Assembly (NCBI GenBank): GCA_047519465.1
Contig: JAPVTA010000262.1
Span: 11,220 to 75,219, forward strand
Direction of reading: 5' to 3'
From: Thermodesulfobacteriota bacterium
GTDB lineage: Bacteria; Desulfobacterota; BSN033; UBA1163
Length of the DNA stretch: 64,000 nt
A program made the position numbers and the translations under genes. Numbering within the stretch: the stretch's first letter is position 1; each line of letters begins with the position of its first letter. The notes under the pieces are model-generated. The model saw only the letters and a program-made list of their open reading frames with translations. It made no database searches and had not been told where the DNA came from. Of the stretch, positions 1 through 8,663 are shown piece after piece.

Positions 1-441
1 GTCCCTGCGGCAACCATTTATCGTGAATTGGTTCCTTTCGGGGCGGCCTATCAAAACATCGTCGGCGATTTAGCCGTTTCACCCGAGGGCGTTTTGGCTC
101 ATCTTTCCGGCGGGAATTACGGAGCCGATGAAAATTTGCTTGGCTCGCCATTTCCCCTGGATGCGGCAATGCACGCCGCTTGTGTATGGGGACAACGTTT
201 CAGCGACATTGTCCCCTTTCCCGTAGGTTTTGAAAAGAGGTTGATTTATCAAAAGACAAAAAAAGGAGGCAGCTATCTTGGTCGGGTGGTGCCGGTGAGT
301 ATCGATTGTGAATCGCTCTTGTTCGATGCCTGGATTTATGATTTAAACGGTGTTATTTATGAAGCGATCAGCGGCATTAACATGCGGGATGTCACTCAAG
401 GCCGCCTGCGTCCGCCGCAATGGATTAAAGCAGAATTTTAA
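1..441 (+). CDS. 3' end of a gene running off the window start; hot-dog fold, PKS-type dehydratase-like C-terminal half (partial)
   Basis: Open frame from nt 1 to stop at 439-441; motifs PFPLDAAMHAA and VPFPVGFEKRL resemble the second hot-dog half of PKS/PUFA-type DH domains; no start in window. Confidence 0.4.
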   Translation, partial: VPAATIYRELVPFGAAYQNIVGDLAVSPEGVLAHLSGGNYGADENLLGSPFPLDAAMHAACVWGQRFSDIVPFPVGFEKRLIYQKTKKGGSYLGRVVPVSIDCESLLFDAWIYDLNGVIYEAISGINMRDVTQGRLRPPQWIKAEF

Positions 442-560
442 CCAGCGGGAAAAGCATTTTTGATTTGCCTTTTTGCTTGTTATGCGGGTTCCGTAGATTT
501 GGCTATTATTTTTTTGAACGAAACGTAAAGAGTGGATCATCTTGATCCTACTGGAATTTT

Positions 561-1769
561 TTGAAGAAAGGACTGGACGACGAGGAACTGATGGTGGATG
601 TTTTTGTAGGAGCCAGTAATGCGATCACATCCCTTGGCTTTTCCACAGCCAGGCATGTCGAGCAAGTAAAGGCCAATCAAATCGGTATCAGCATCTATCC
701 GGGCGGAGATCTCTACCCCACCGCTGTTCCGTTGTCTCTTGTTGATACTGGAGAATTACTTGATCTTTTCCAAAAATATCTTTGCAAGACAAGACCGGAT
801 CTTCAACCGGATTTGTTTACCCGCTCGGAAATGCTTCATATTCTGTCGATTTCAGATGTTTTGAAGAGCTCTGGAGTGGATATCACAGATCCTCGGACTC
901 TTATCATCCTGGCCACCCTTAAGGGCAATATGGACCTCATAGGGGGGAACAACCGCCTTCCGGCAATTGACCCAGACCGAGTTTATTTATGGAAATGGGG
1001 CGAGTTTCTCGGGTCTTTCTTTAATAGTTCGAACAAACCCCTTGTGGTTTCTAATGCCTGCATCTCCGGTGTGCTGGCGGTCCTCATTGGGTCACGGCTG
1101 ATCAAAGCCGGCAGGTATGATCACGTGATTGCGGCGGGAGGCGACATTTTGACGGAATTCGCGGTATCCGGCTTTCAATCGTTTCAGTCCCTCAGCCCCA
1201 AACCCTGTAAACCGTTCGATGCGGCCAGAGACGGACTCTCACTCGGCGAAGGCTGCGGTAGCATCGTGCTCAGTCGTGATCATTCATTGTGTGGTATACC
1301 GGAGAAGATCGTCGTTGCAGGAGGGTCTTGCACAAACGATGCCCATCACATCTCAGGCCCTCTCCGAACGGGCGAAAGCTTTTATGTTGCCATCCGCATA
1401 GCTCTGGGAGAGGCATCCTTAGACCCACTGGACATTGATTACATTTCTGCCCATGGAACGGGCACCGATTACTACGACGAGACGGAAGCGAAGGCCTTGT
1501 CATGGGCAGGCTTAGAAAAGGTTCCTGCTAACAGCTTTAAGGGTTATTTCGGACATACCCTCGGCGCAGCGGGAATCATTGAGTCAGCGCTTGCCATTGC
1601 TACAATGAGGAATAATGAATTATTCCGATCGGCAGGGTTTGAAAATCCCGGGACATCACAATCTATTAATATTTTAACGGATCATACGGTCAAAGAAGTG
1701 AATCATTGTTTGAAAACAGCCTCGGGTTTTGGAGGGTGCAATGCGGCGGTCGTCTATAAGAAAATTTAG
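561..1769 (+). CDS. beta-ketoacyl-ACP synthase (FabF/FabB-like elongating KS)
   Basis: 402 aa; Cys-His-His triad motifs NACISG, SAHGTGT, GHTLGAAG, C-terminal GFGGCNAAVV; TTG start at 561 (alternative ATG at 591). Confidence 0.85.
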   Translation: MKKGLDDEELMVDVFVGASNAITSLGFSTARHVEQVKANQIGISIYPGGDLYPTAVPLSLVDTGELLDLFQKYLCKTRPDLQPDLFTRSEMLHILSISDVLKSSGVDITDPRTLIILATLKGNMDLIGGNNRLPAIDPDRVYLWKWGEFLGSFFNSSNKPLVVSNACISGVLAVLIGSRLIKAGRYDHVIAAGGDILTEFAVSGFQSFQSLSPKPCKPFDAARDGLSLGEGCGSIVLSRDHSLCGIPEKIVVAGGSCTNDAHHISGPLRTGESFYVAIRIALGEASLDPLDIDYISAHGTGTDYYDETEAKALSWAGLEKVPANSFKGYFGHTLGAAGIIESALAIATMRNNELFRSAGFENPGTSQSINILTDHTVKEVNHCLKTASGFGGCNAAVVYKKI

Positions 1770-1807
1770 ATTGAGTCTGTCCATAGACTAAGGTTTTCAT
1801 AAGAAGT

Positions 1808-1877
1808 GTCATTCCGGCAAAAGCCGGAATCCAGTCTTTTCAATATCTCTGGATGCCGGATCAAGTCCGGCATGACG
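1808..1877. repeat. REP/MITE-like intergenic hairpin element, copy 1 (short form)
   Basis: GTCATTCCGGCAAAAGCCGGAATCCAGTCTTTT plus TGCCGGATCAAGTCCGGCA hairpin; shares modules with copies at 2839 and 4331. Confidence 0.7.
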
Positions 1878-1887
1878 GAAAAGACGC

Positions 1888-2541
1888 ATGGAATTATTGA
1901 TCACAAGATACATGAAGCTTCAAGACCATCGCGTGTCGCTCAACGGAATCGTTGAATATACATCGGAGGCGGAATCCGTGGATGCATTATTCCGTTCGGT
2001 TTACCGTTATTACAATATCGACTACCCGAAATTTTTCAAAATGGACAACCTCTGCAAGCTCGCTTTTCTGAGCGCCGAGATCTCACTCCAGGGTACTGAC
2101 GTTCTTCAGAAATATCCGGGTGAACAAATCGGGATCATTCTGGAAAATGCCAGCTCCTCACTGGAGTACGACCAAAGACACCAGGAATCCGTCCGTGACC
2201 GGAACCGGTACTTCCCGAGCCCATCCGTGTTCGTCTATACCATTCCAAATATCATGGTCGCCGAGATCGCCATACGGCATAAGGTGAAAGGGGAGAATAC
2301 CGTCTTCATCTCTGAGCAATTTGATCCAGAGTTGATTGATCACTATGTCTCTGAATTGTTCCGTAACCAACAGGTCAACTGTTGCCTCTCCGGCTGGATT
2401 GAATGTTATGTCAATCATTATCAGTCTTTTCTTTTCATTATTGAGCAGGAAGATAAGATCAAAAGATTTAAAGGACTTCAGGAATATGTTATTTTAAACA
2501 CCTTGAACATGGAAAAACTGTATAAAGGAAAATTCATATGA
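1888..2541 (+). CDS. small KS-N-terminal-like / chain-length-factor-like protein (inference)
   Basis: 217 aa, tightly linked between KS and ACP; the CLF-like call is contextual inference by analogy with small KS-N-terminal-like proteins of APE-type clusters, I did not identify a specific KS-like motif in it; translational coupling with ACP (stop overlaps ATG at 2538). Confidence 0.4.
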   Translation: MELLITRYMKLQDHRVSLNGIVEYTSEAESVDALFRSVYRYYNIDYPKFFKMDNLCKLAFLSAEISLQGTDVLQKYPGEQIGIILENASSSLEYDQRHQESVRDRNRYFPSPSVFVYTIPNIMVAEIAIRHKVKGENTVFISEQFDPELIDHYVSELFRNQQVNCCLSGWIECYVNHYQSFLFIIEQEDKIKRFKGLQEYVILNTLNMEKLYKGKFI

Positions 2542-2801
2542 TCGAAGATTTGATTCTCAAACTCAAGAAGGAGATTATTGAAGAACTGAATGTGGAAAAC
2601 ATCACACCGGAAGAGGTGGACGCGGACGCCCCTATTTTCGGGGAGGAGGGGTTAGGCCTTGATTCCATCGATGCGCTGGAGCTCGTGGTGTTACTGGATA
2701 AAAATTACGGTATCAAGATCCAGGCTTCCAAAGAAGGGCGTAAGATATTCCGCTCCGTAAAAACCATCGCCGAATATATACTGGAGCATCAAAAGAAATA
2801 A
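2538..2801 (+). CDS. acyl carrier protein
   Basis: 87 aa, phosphopantetheine attachment motif LGLDSIDALELV. Confidence 0.85.
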   Translation: MIEDLILKLKKEIIEELNVENITPEEVDADAPIFGEEGLGLDSIDALELVVLLDKNYGIKIQASKEGRKIFRSVKTIAEYILEHQKK

Positions 2802-2838
2802 AGCCAGTGTAGTGATTCAGACATTACTTTAGAGAGAC

Positions 2839-2950
2839 CGTCATTCCGGACCCGCCTTGCCGACCCGCAGGCGAGGCAGGCTTGATCCGGAATCCAGTCT
2901 TTTCACTTGGATTCCCGCCCCGTACTTGATACGGGGCGGGAATGACAACC
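2839..2950. repeat. REP/MITE-like intergenic hairpin element, copy 2
   Basis: Contains GTCATTCCGG…CCGGAATCCAGTCTTTTCACTTGGATTCCCGCCCCGTACTTGATACGGGGCGGGAATGACAACC; 3' 60 nt are the reverse complement of the 5' part of copy 3. Confidence 0.8.
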
Positions 2951-3000
2951 CTCATTATCATTGCAAAGAAATGTTAGATTCACTACACTAGTCACAGATT

Positions 3001-4263
3001 ATGAAGTTCACGCTCATTTACCCGAAATGGAAGAAACTCAGGGGCCAGACGGAATTCCACCTTCCTCCGCACGGCCCTGTTGTCTTTGCTGCGACACTGC
3101 CCAGAGACGTGGAAATTACTTTCACCGATGAGAACCTGGAGACAATCGATTTCAGCGATCGGGCAGATCTCATCGGGATCTCCATGATGCTGACGAGCCA
3201 ACTGAAACGGGGTTGGGAAATCGCGGAAGAGTACCGCAGGCGGGGCAGGAAGGTCATCTGCGGCGGCATTGCAACGATGCTTCATGCCGAAGAGACGTCC
3301 CTTCATGCCGATGCGGTCTTCCTCGGGGAGGCGGAAGGACGGATGGAGCAGGTCCTGGATGATTTTCGAAATAACCGACTCCGGAAGGTCTACGACTACC
3401 TGACAGACTTCCCACCCATCGCTTCCGTCGGCACGGCCCGGCGGGACATCCTGAAACGGCAGCTTTACTCCTACAAAGGAATCCAGATGGTCGATCTTTT
3501 TCATGCCTCGCGGGGGTGTCGGTTCGACTGCTACCCATGCTGCATGAGCTTCGTTGGAGGAAGGAAGTTCCGTCCCCGTCCTTTCGAGAAGGTGGTGGAG
3601 GAGCTGACGGCCATTGACAACAACCGTCTGTTTATCGTTGACAATTCTCTATCCCAGGATACGGCATGGCAAAAACAACTCTTCCGTGAGATGATTCCTT
3701 TGAAAAAAAAGTGGTGCTGCCACCCCATCGGGGACGACGATGAAGTCCTCAATCTGGCGGCCCAAGCCGGGGCGTGGTTCGTATATCATGCCATCTTCGA
3801 CACCTCGGACTTCATTCGCAACCGGGTCAAGCGCTATCACGACTTCGGGATCGGGGTGGAGGGAACAATCCTCCTGGGCCTCGACCGCCACACGGAGGAT
3901 TCTATCCACCGCCTCATCGATTTTCTCTTAGAGATAGAATTGGATCTGGCTGAGTTCACTGTATTGACCCCCTTTCCCCACACTCGCGCCTTTACGGACC
4001 TGCAGAGTGAGGGACGGATCCTTTCTTACAACTGGAACGACTATACCTGCGACCAGGTGGTGTTCCAGCCAAAAAAGATGAGCCCGGAGCGTCTTCAGCA
4101 GTTATACGATGAGGCATGGAAAATCTTCTATCGGGAGAAATCCCAACCCTACAGGATGTTCGAACTCTTCGAAAGGGTCATCGACAAGGAAATGGCGGAT
4201 GGTAGCTTCCAGCGGCAGCCTCGGACTCGGGGGAGCCGGAAGTTCGGCCGAGGCGAACCATGA
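3001..4263 (+). CDS. cobalamin(B12)-binding radical SAM enzyme
   Basis: 420 aa; N-terminal B12-binding Rossmann-like region; CxxxCxxC radical-SAM motif in SRGCRFDCYPCC. Confidence 0.85.
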   Translation: MKFTLIYPKWKKLRGQTEFHLPPHGPVVFAATLPRDVEITFTDENLETIDFSDRADLIGISMMLTSQLKRGWEIAEEYRRRGRKVICGGIATMLHAEETSLHADAVFLGEAEGRMEQVLDDFRNNRLRKVYDYLTDFPPIASVGTARRDILKRQLYSYKGIQMVDLFHASRGCRFDCYPCCMSFVGGRKFRPRPFEKVVEELTAIDNNRLFIVDNSLSQDTAWQKQLFREMIPLKKKWCCHPIGDDDEVLNLAAQAGAWFVYHAIFDTSDFIRNRVKRYHDFGIGVEGTILLGLDRHTEDSIHRLIDFLLEIELDLAEFTVLTPFPHTRAFTDLQSEGRILSYNWNDYTCDQVVFQPKKMSPERLQQLYDEAWKIFYREKSQPYRMFELFERVIDKEMADGSFQRQPRTRGSRKFGRGEP

Positions 4264-4330
4264 TGTTATGAAGGCTAAACGGAAACAGCAGTGTGGTTAA
4301 TCTAACAGTTTCTCTACAATAATAACGAAG

Positions 4331-4460
4331 GTTGTCATTCCCGCCCCGTATCAAGTACGGGGCGGGAAATCCAGAGTTGAAAGGACTGGATTTCCCCTTG
4401 TCAAGCACCCCGTGTCAAGCACGGGGCAGGCTAAGGCAGGCTTATCAAGTCCGGAAAGAC
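4331..4460. repeat. REP/MITE-like intergenic hairpin element, copy 3 (inverted relative to copy 2)
   Basis: GTTGTCATTCCCGCCCCGTATCAAGTACGGGGCGGGAAATCCAG… and GGCAGGCTTATCAAGTCCGG module. Confidence 0.8.
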
Positions 4461-4572
4461 AGTCTCGGTAAAGTAATTTTTGAATGACATCAGTAGCGAT
4501 TGGGAAAAATTGCTTAAGAGCTGGGGCAAAGATATCTCGCTGACTGTAATCACCTCATGGATGGTGTCATAA

Positions 4573-4815
4573 ATGCAAAAAGAGGAAGCCCTCAAAAAGG
4601 TATCCGAATATTTGGTGACACAATTTGAAATTCCTTCGGAAAAGATAAGTCCTGATGCAAACCTGTTTAAAGATCTCGAGATGGACAGTATTGATGCCTT
4701 AGATTGGTTCGCGGCAATGCAGTCGGAGATCGGTCTTCCTATTATCGAGAAAGAGCTCAAGAGGATAAGAACCGTTCAGGACGTGGTAGACTATGTGGTC
4801 CGGAATTTGAAATAA
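4573..4815 (+). CDS. acyl carrier protein (second copy)
   Basis: 80 aa, LEMDSIDALDW Ser-containing 4'-PP motif. Confidence 0.85.
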   Translation: MQKEEALKKVSEYLVTQFEIPSEKISPDANLFKDLEMDSIDALDWFAAMQSEIGLPIIEKELKRIRTVQDVVDYVVRNLK

Positions 4816-4816
4816 C

Positions 4817-5206
4817 ATGCCGATATCCCCCGAGAGATGGCTGCCTCTGAAGGATCTCCGGATGACCGCCGAAGGCCGTTGGGAATCCATGGTACGATTC
4901 GAACCCTCTTCGGAATGGTTCTCAGGTCACTTTGATGAATGCCCTCTGGTGCCTGGCGTGGCGCTCCTTGCCTTGGCGGCTGAAATGGTCAAAAGACAAG
5001 GTCTTGAGCAGGGACGTCGTATTGAGGTTTCCGGCTTTTCCAGGGTGAGGTTCAAGCAGTTAGTCTTTCCAGATGAGGAACTGCAAATCTCTGTGGCAGC
5101 CATGCCCTTAGGGCCCGAGGCAAAGCTTGATTTTCATATCACTTGCCGCGGAGATACAGTTGCCCAGGGTTTATTGAAAGCCCGTGAAGAAGTTCCCCGC
5201 CGATGA
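4817..5206 (+). CDS. FabA/FabZ-like 3-hydroxyacyl-ACP dehydratase (hot-dog)
   Basis: 129 aa; SGHFDECPLVPGVALLALAAEM matches FabZ/ApeI-type active-site region; start 1 nt after ACP stop. Confidence 0.75.
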   Translation: MPISPERWLPLKDLRMTAEGRWESMVRFEPSSEWFSGHFDECPLVPGVALLALAAEMVKRQGLEQGRRIEVSGFSRVRFKQLVFPDEELQISVAAMPLGPEAKLDFHITCRGDTVAQGLLKAREEVPRR

Positions 5207-5262
5207 AGAAGCGATAAAACAAATCCTGCGAAAACGGGTTCAGGTCGTCTGAGAGAGTAAGG

Positions 5263-6156
5263 ATGAAGGCTTTCGTTCACGAGACGCTCATCAGGGTTTC
5301 TCTTCTCCTGGGCTCCTGGCCCATCCGGTTCTTCGCCTGGTGGATCGCCACGGGATACTTCCTCTTTCTTTCTTCGAGGAGAAGATCAAGTATCTGCCTC
5401 TATGAAGTGATCTTTCCCGAAAAATCGCGATGGTATTATCTTTATTGCACCTGGCGCCAGTTTCACTCCTACGCAGCCACTTTTGCGGAGCGGATTGAGT
5501 TCGATAGAAATAAACGGCTAACCACCTCGACCCAGGGAAGGGAAAACCTAGTAGAGGTGGCCAGAAGAGGGAGAGGGGGAGTGATCCTCATGTCCCATCT
5601 GGGCAGTTTCGAGATTGCTGCAGGCGTGTTTCGAGAAGTGGGGCCCAAGCTTCTTTTGATCATGGGTGAAAAGGAAGCAAAACAGGTGGCCCGGGATCAG
5701 CGCGAAGCCATGAAGGCGCGAGGAATCCATATTCAGGTGGCCGCTGCAGGAGAGGAGTTTCCCTTCGCCGGGGTGGAGGCCATTCAGTTCGTGAGAGAAG
5801 GAGGCTTCGTCTCTGTCGCCGGTGACCTCGTTTGGACCGAACAGCGCTCCCGTCTGCCGGTAACTCTCTTCGGGCATGAGGTGGGCCTCTCCGCAGGTCC
5901 TCATCTCCTCGCCCTGGTTTCAAACGCGCCCCTCTTCACGATGTTTGCTTTTCGAGCTGAAAAAGGAAAATACCTGATCACGATGTCTTCTCCGAGGGAG
6001 GTGAAGGCAACATCCCGTTCTGAAAGAAGTGCGGCCCTCCAAGCGAGCGCACAGGCATACGCCAATGCTCTGGAAGAGATGGTGCGCCAGCACCCTTTCC
6101 AGTGGTACATCTTTGAGCCCTTCTTTGGACCCGTAGCGGCTGATACGAGGAAATAA
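5263..6156 (+). CDS. lysophospholipid/lipid A acyltransferase family (LpxL/HtrB-like)
   Basis: 297 aa; membrane N-terminus; C-terminal HPFQWYIFEPFF typical of LpxL-family (ApeD-like) acyltransferases. Confidence 0.7.
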   Translation: MKAFVHETLIRVSLLLGSWPIRFFAWWIATGYFLFLSSRRRSSICLYEVIFPEKSRWYYLYCTWRQFHSYAATFAERIEFDRNKRLTTSTQGRENLVEVARRGRGGVILMSHLGSFEIAAGVFREVGPKLLLIMGEKEAKQVARDQREAMKARGIHIQVAAAGEEFPFAGVEAIQFVREGGFVSVAGDLVWTEQRSRLPVTLFGHEVGLSAGPHLLALVSNAPLFTMFAFRAEKGKYLITMSSPREVKATSRSERSAALQASAQAYANALEEMVRQHPFQWYIFEPFFGPVAADTRK

Positions 6157-6202
6157 AGCTCCCCGCCCTAAAGGGCAGGGCTTTCCGGCAAGGTGGTTTG
6201 AT

Positions 6203-6250
6203 CATATTGTGCTCTTTGACCCCTTCCTGAAGGACAGGGCTTGCAGGGCA
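6203..6250. repeat. GC-rich about 48-nt dispersed repeat, copy 1 (CATATTGTGC…TTGACCCC…CTGAAGG…GGGCTTGC.GGG)
   Basis: About 80% identical to 51661-51709; a related shorter motif CCCCGCCCTAAAGGGCAGGGC lies at 6159-6185. Confidence 0.55.
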
Positions 6251-6339
6251 CTTTTCGGTCAAATCTGGGCTTTTTTAGCTTCGAATCCAGAAGAAGATTT
6301 GCGACGGCTCGGACGAGTGGAAAATAAGGAGTCATCTTA

Positions 6340-8511
6340 TTGGAACGTAGGCGGGTCTTTATCACTGGAATGGGAATCATAAGTTCTCTTGGCCAAGGGG
6401 TGGGCCGTCATGTCGATTCTTTGAAAAAGAATTGTTCCGGAATTGAACCGCTTGCACTATTCACCCCGTCGCCGGGCAATCTCCTTCCAGCCGGTGAAAT
6501 TCCCAATTTTAAGCAAACCCTGAACGTTCCTCGGACACACGAACTTGCTTTCCTGGCTGCCCAGGAGGCGCTTTCAACTACTCGGGTCATCCTCGATGCA
6601 ATCATCCTCGGCACGACGACTGGCGGCATGCCGTTTACTGAAGAGCTTTTGAGAAAAAATCAAAAAGATGCGGATCAATACAAATATCATTCAACCTCCT
6701 CAGTGGCTGAATTTCTTGCGGGCGTTCTGCGCTGCAGTGGTCTTGTCCTCACGATCACGACGGCGTGTTCATCGGGCGCGGTTGCGATCAAGCTAGCCTA
6801 TGAGCTGCTCTCCTCTGGCAAAGCGAATCGTGTGCTCGCCGGCGGTGCGGATGCACTCTGCCGGCTCACTTATTATGGATTCAATTCATTGCAGCTCATT
6901 GACCCTTCCGGTGCGCGTCCTCTTGACCTTGACAGAAACGGCATGACGGTGGGCGAAGGTGCTGCGATGCTCCTCTTGGAAGCGGGAGAATCAAGTCCTG
7001 ACAACGCGATTGCAGAGATTTTAGGCGGAGGGCTATCCTGCGACGCGTATCATCCCACAGCACCGCATCCAGAAGGCAAGGGAGCTCTCGCTGCTATGGA
7101 AAAGGCCTTAGAAGCCGCGGGCATTATTCCTGCGGATATCGAATATATCAATCTCCACGGAACCGGAACCAAGGACAATGACCTCGCCGAAGCAAAGGCG
7201 ATTCATTCCGTTTTTGGTGATCATCTTCCTCCCCTGTCATCAGTGAAAGGAGCTACCGGCCACTCCCTGGCAGCTTCAGGCGCGATCGAATCTGTCATCT
7301 GCGCGGCAGCCATTCAGGAAGGACTCATCCCGGCAAATACGGGCTGCGTTAACCCGGACCCGGAATTGAATTTAAAACCGGCTCTCGCTCCCCTTGAGCA
7401 GAAGGTTGCCGTAGCCCTGTCCAACTCCTTCGGGTTTGGTGGCAACAACGCTTGCCTTGTCCTGGCCGATCCTCGGTCCAAGCACGAAAGACAGAAGCGG
7501 GCCGTATCATTTGGATTTGAAGTTTTAGGGTGCGCTTGCGTCACCGGAGCAGGCAACCTGGAGCAGACATTGAAGAATTTAGATGAAGGAAAAACCTGCA
7601 GCGGAACTCTGCCTCTTGCTGATCTATCAAAGAAGCTCCCAGTCCGTGAGGTCCGTCGACTCAAGCGGTTACCAAGGCTTGCGCTTGCCCTGGCCACGGA
7701 AGCGTCTGAAAGCTCACGGCCATCTCAAACACCATCATCTATCTTCTTCGGCACATCATGGGGTCCGCTATCCGAGACATATCACTTTCTCACGAAGCTC
7801 TATGAATCAAATGAGCAGTTTGCGAGCCCCACCGAATTTGTCGGCTCAGTGCACAATGCTCCCGCAGGCCAGGTGGCGATGATGCTAAACGCAACCGGTC
7901 CCAACATCACCACCACCGGCGGCGATTACTCCTTTGAACAGGCGTTATTTGCCGCGTCCCTGGCTGTGTGCGCCAGCGATCACAGCGTGCTGGTCATGGG
8001 AGCTGACGAACACCACGAGATTTTGTCTCCACTGTTTGACAAATCGGTTTGGATCGGCTCGAATCCGTCCGACGGCGGCGGGGCGCTCATGATACGCAAA
8101 ACAGAAAAGGTATCCGGATTACGGATCGCGGTTATTTTTTTTGAAAATACCAGCAACAATCCGTCTATCGTTCAATCGCTCCTTCACCACCTTGGAGAAT
8201 CGGATGAGATCCGATCGAAATACGGTGCCGTTTTTGTCGGAATTCCTGCGGGAGAGCGAGCGAACTGTGAAAAGCAGGTCCGTGAAATTATTTCAGGCGC
8301 AGATTTCAACGGCCCGGTCGTTGATTTCCGTAAATTCACCGGTGAATTCGGGTCGGCCACTGCTGCGGCAGCGGCCCTTGCGGTAAGATTCGTACAGAAC
8401 GGGATAATCCCTGGCTATCTTTCAGGCGGCGCGGAAAGCCGCCTCAACGGAAGGGGAATACTCCTCCTGGGTCTGGGAAGGTTCCTCACCGCCGTCGAAG
8501 TGTTACCGTAA
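6340..8511 (+). CDS. fused ketosynthase - KS-like (CLF-type, Cys-less) two-domain protein
   Basis: 723 aa; N-domain has TACSSG / HGTGT / GHSLAASG; C-domain is KS-like (HNAPAGQVAMMLNATGPN) but active-site Cys replaced (TTTGGDYS); TTG start with AAGGAG RBS 8 nt upstream. Confidence 0.75.
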   Translation: MERRRVFITGMGIISSLGQGVGRHVDSLKKNCSGIEPLALFTPSPGNLLPAGEIPNFKQTLNVPRTHELAFLAAQEALSTTRVILDAIILGTTTGGMPFTEELLRKNQKDADQYKYHSTSSVAEFLAGVLRCSGLVLTITTACSSGAVAIKLAYELLSSGKANRVLAGGADALCRLTYYGFNSLQLIDPSGARPLDLDRNGMTVGEGAAMLLLEAGESSPDNAIAEILGGGLSCDAYHPTAPHPEGKGALAAMEKALEAAGIIPADIEYINLHGTGTKDNDLAEAKAIHSVFGDHLPPLSSVKGATGHSLAASGAIESVICAAAIQEGLIPANTGCVNPDPELNLKPALAPLEQKVAVALSNSFGFGGNNACLVLADPRSKHERQKRAVSFGFEVLGCACVTGAGNLEQTLKNLDEGKTCSGTLPLADLSKKLPVREVRRLKRLPRLALALATEASESSRPSQTPSSIFFGTSWGPLSETYHFLTKLYESNEQFASPTEFVGSVHNAPAGQVAMMLNATGPNITTTGGDYSFEQALFAASLAVCASDHSVLVMGADEHHEILSPLFDKSVWIGSNPSDGGGALMIRKTEKVSGLRIAVIFFENTSNNPSIVQSLLHHLGESDEIRSKYGAVFVGIPAGERANCEKQVREIISGADFNGPVVDFRKFTGEFGSATAAAAALAVRFVQNGIIPGYLSGGAESRLNGRGILLLGLGRFLTAVEVLP

Positions 8512-8663
8512 AAATAGGAAGGCTTTCCTCAGGTCAACAAATACCGTTAGAGTCCCCTATCCGGGACTTGACTATGTAACAGTAGCAAAGTTATTAAAAG
8601 GATGATTCATAAAGTTTGTGAAACCCAACGACTCCGAAACAGAGTGGTCAAATAGGATATAAC

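Noticed and set aside
3018-3752. Several 70-95-aa minus-strand ORFs inside the radical-SAM gene
   Set aside because: They are antisense to a strongly supported CDS (B12-binding + CxxxCxxC). They are Arg/Ser/Pro-rich, typical of GC-rich shadow frames.
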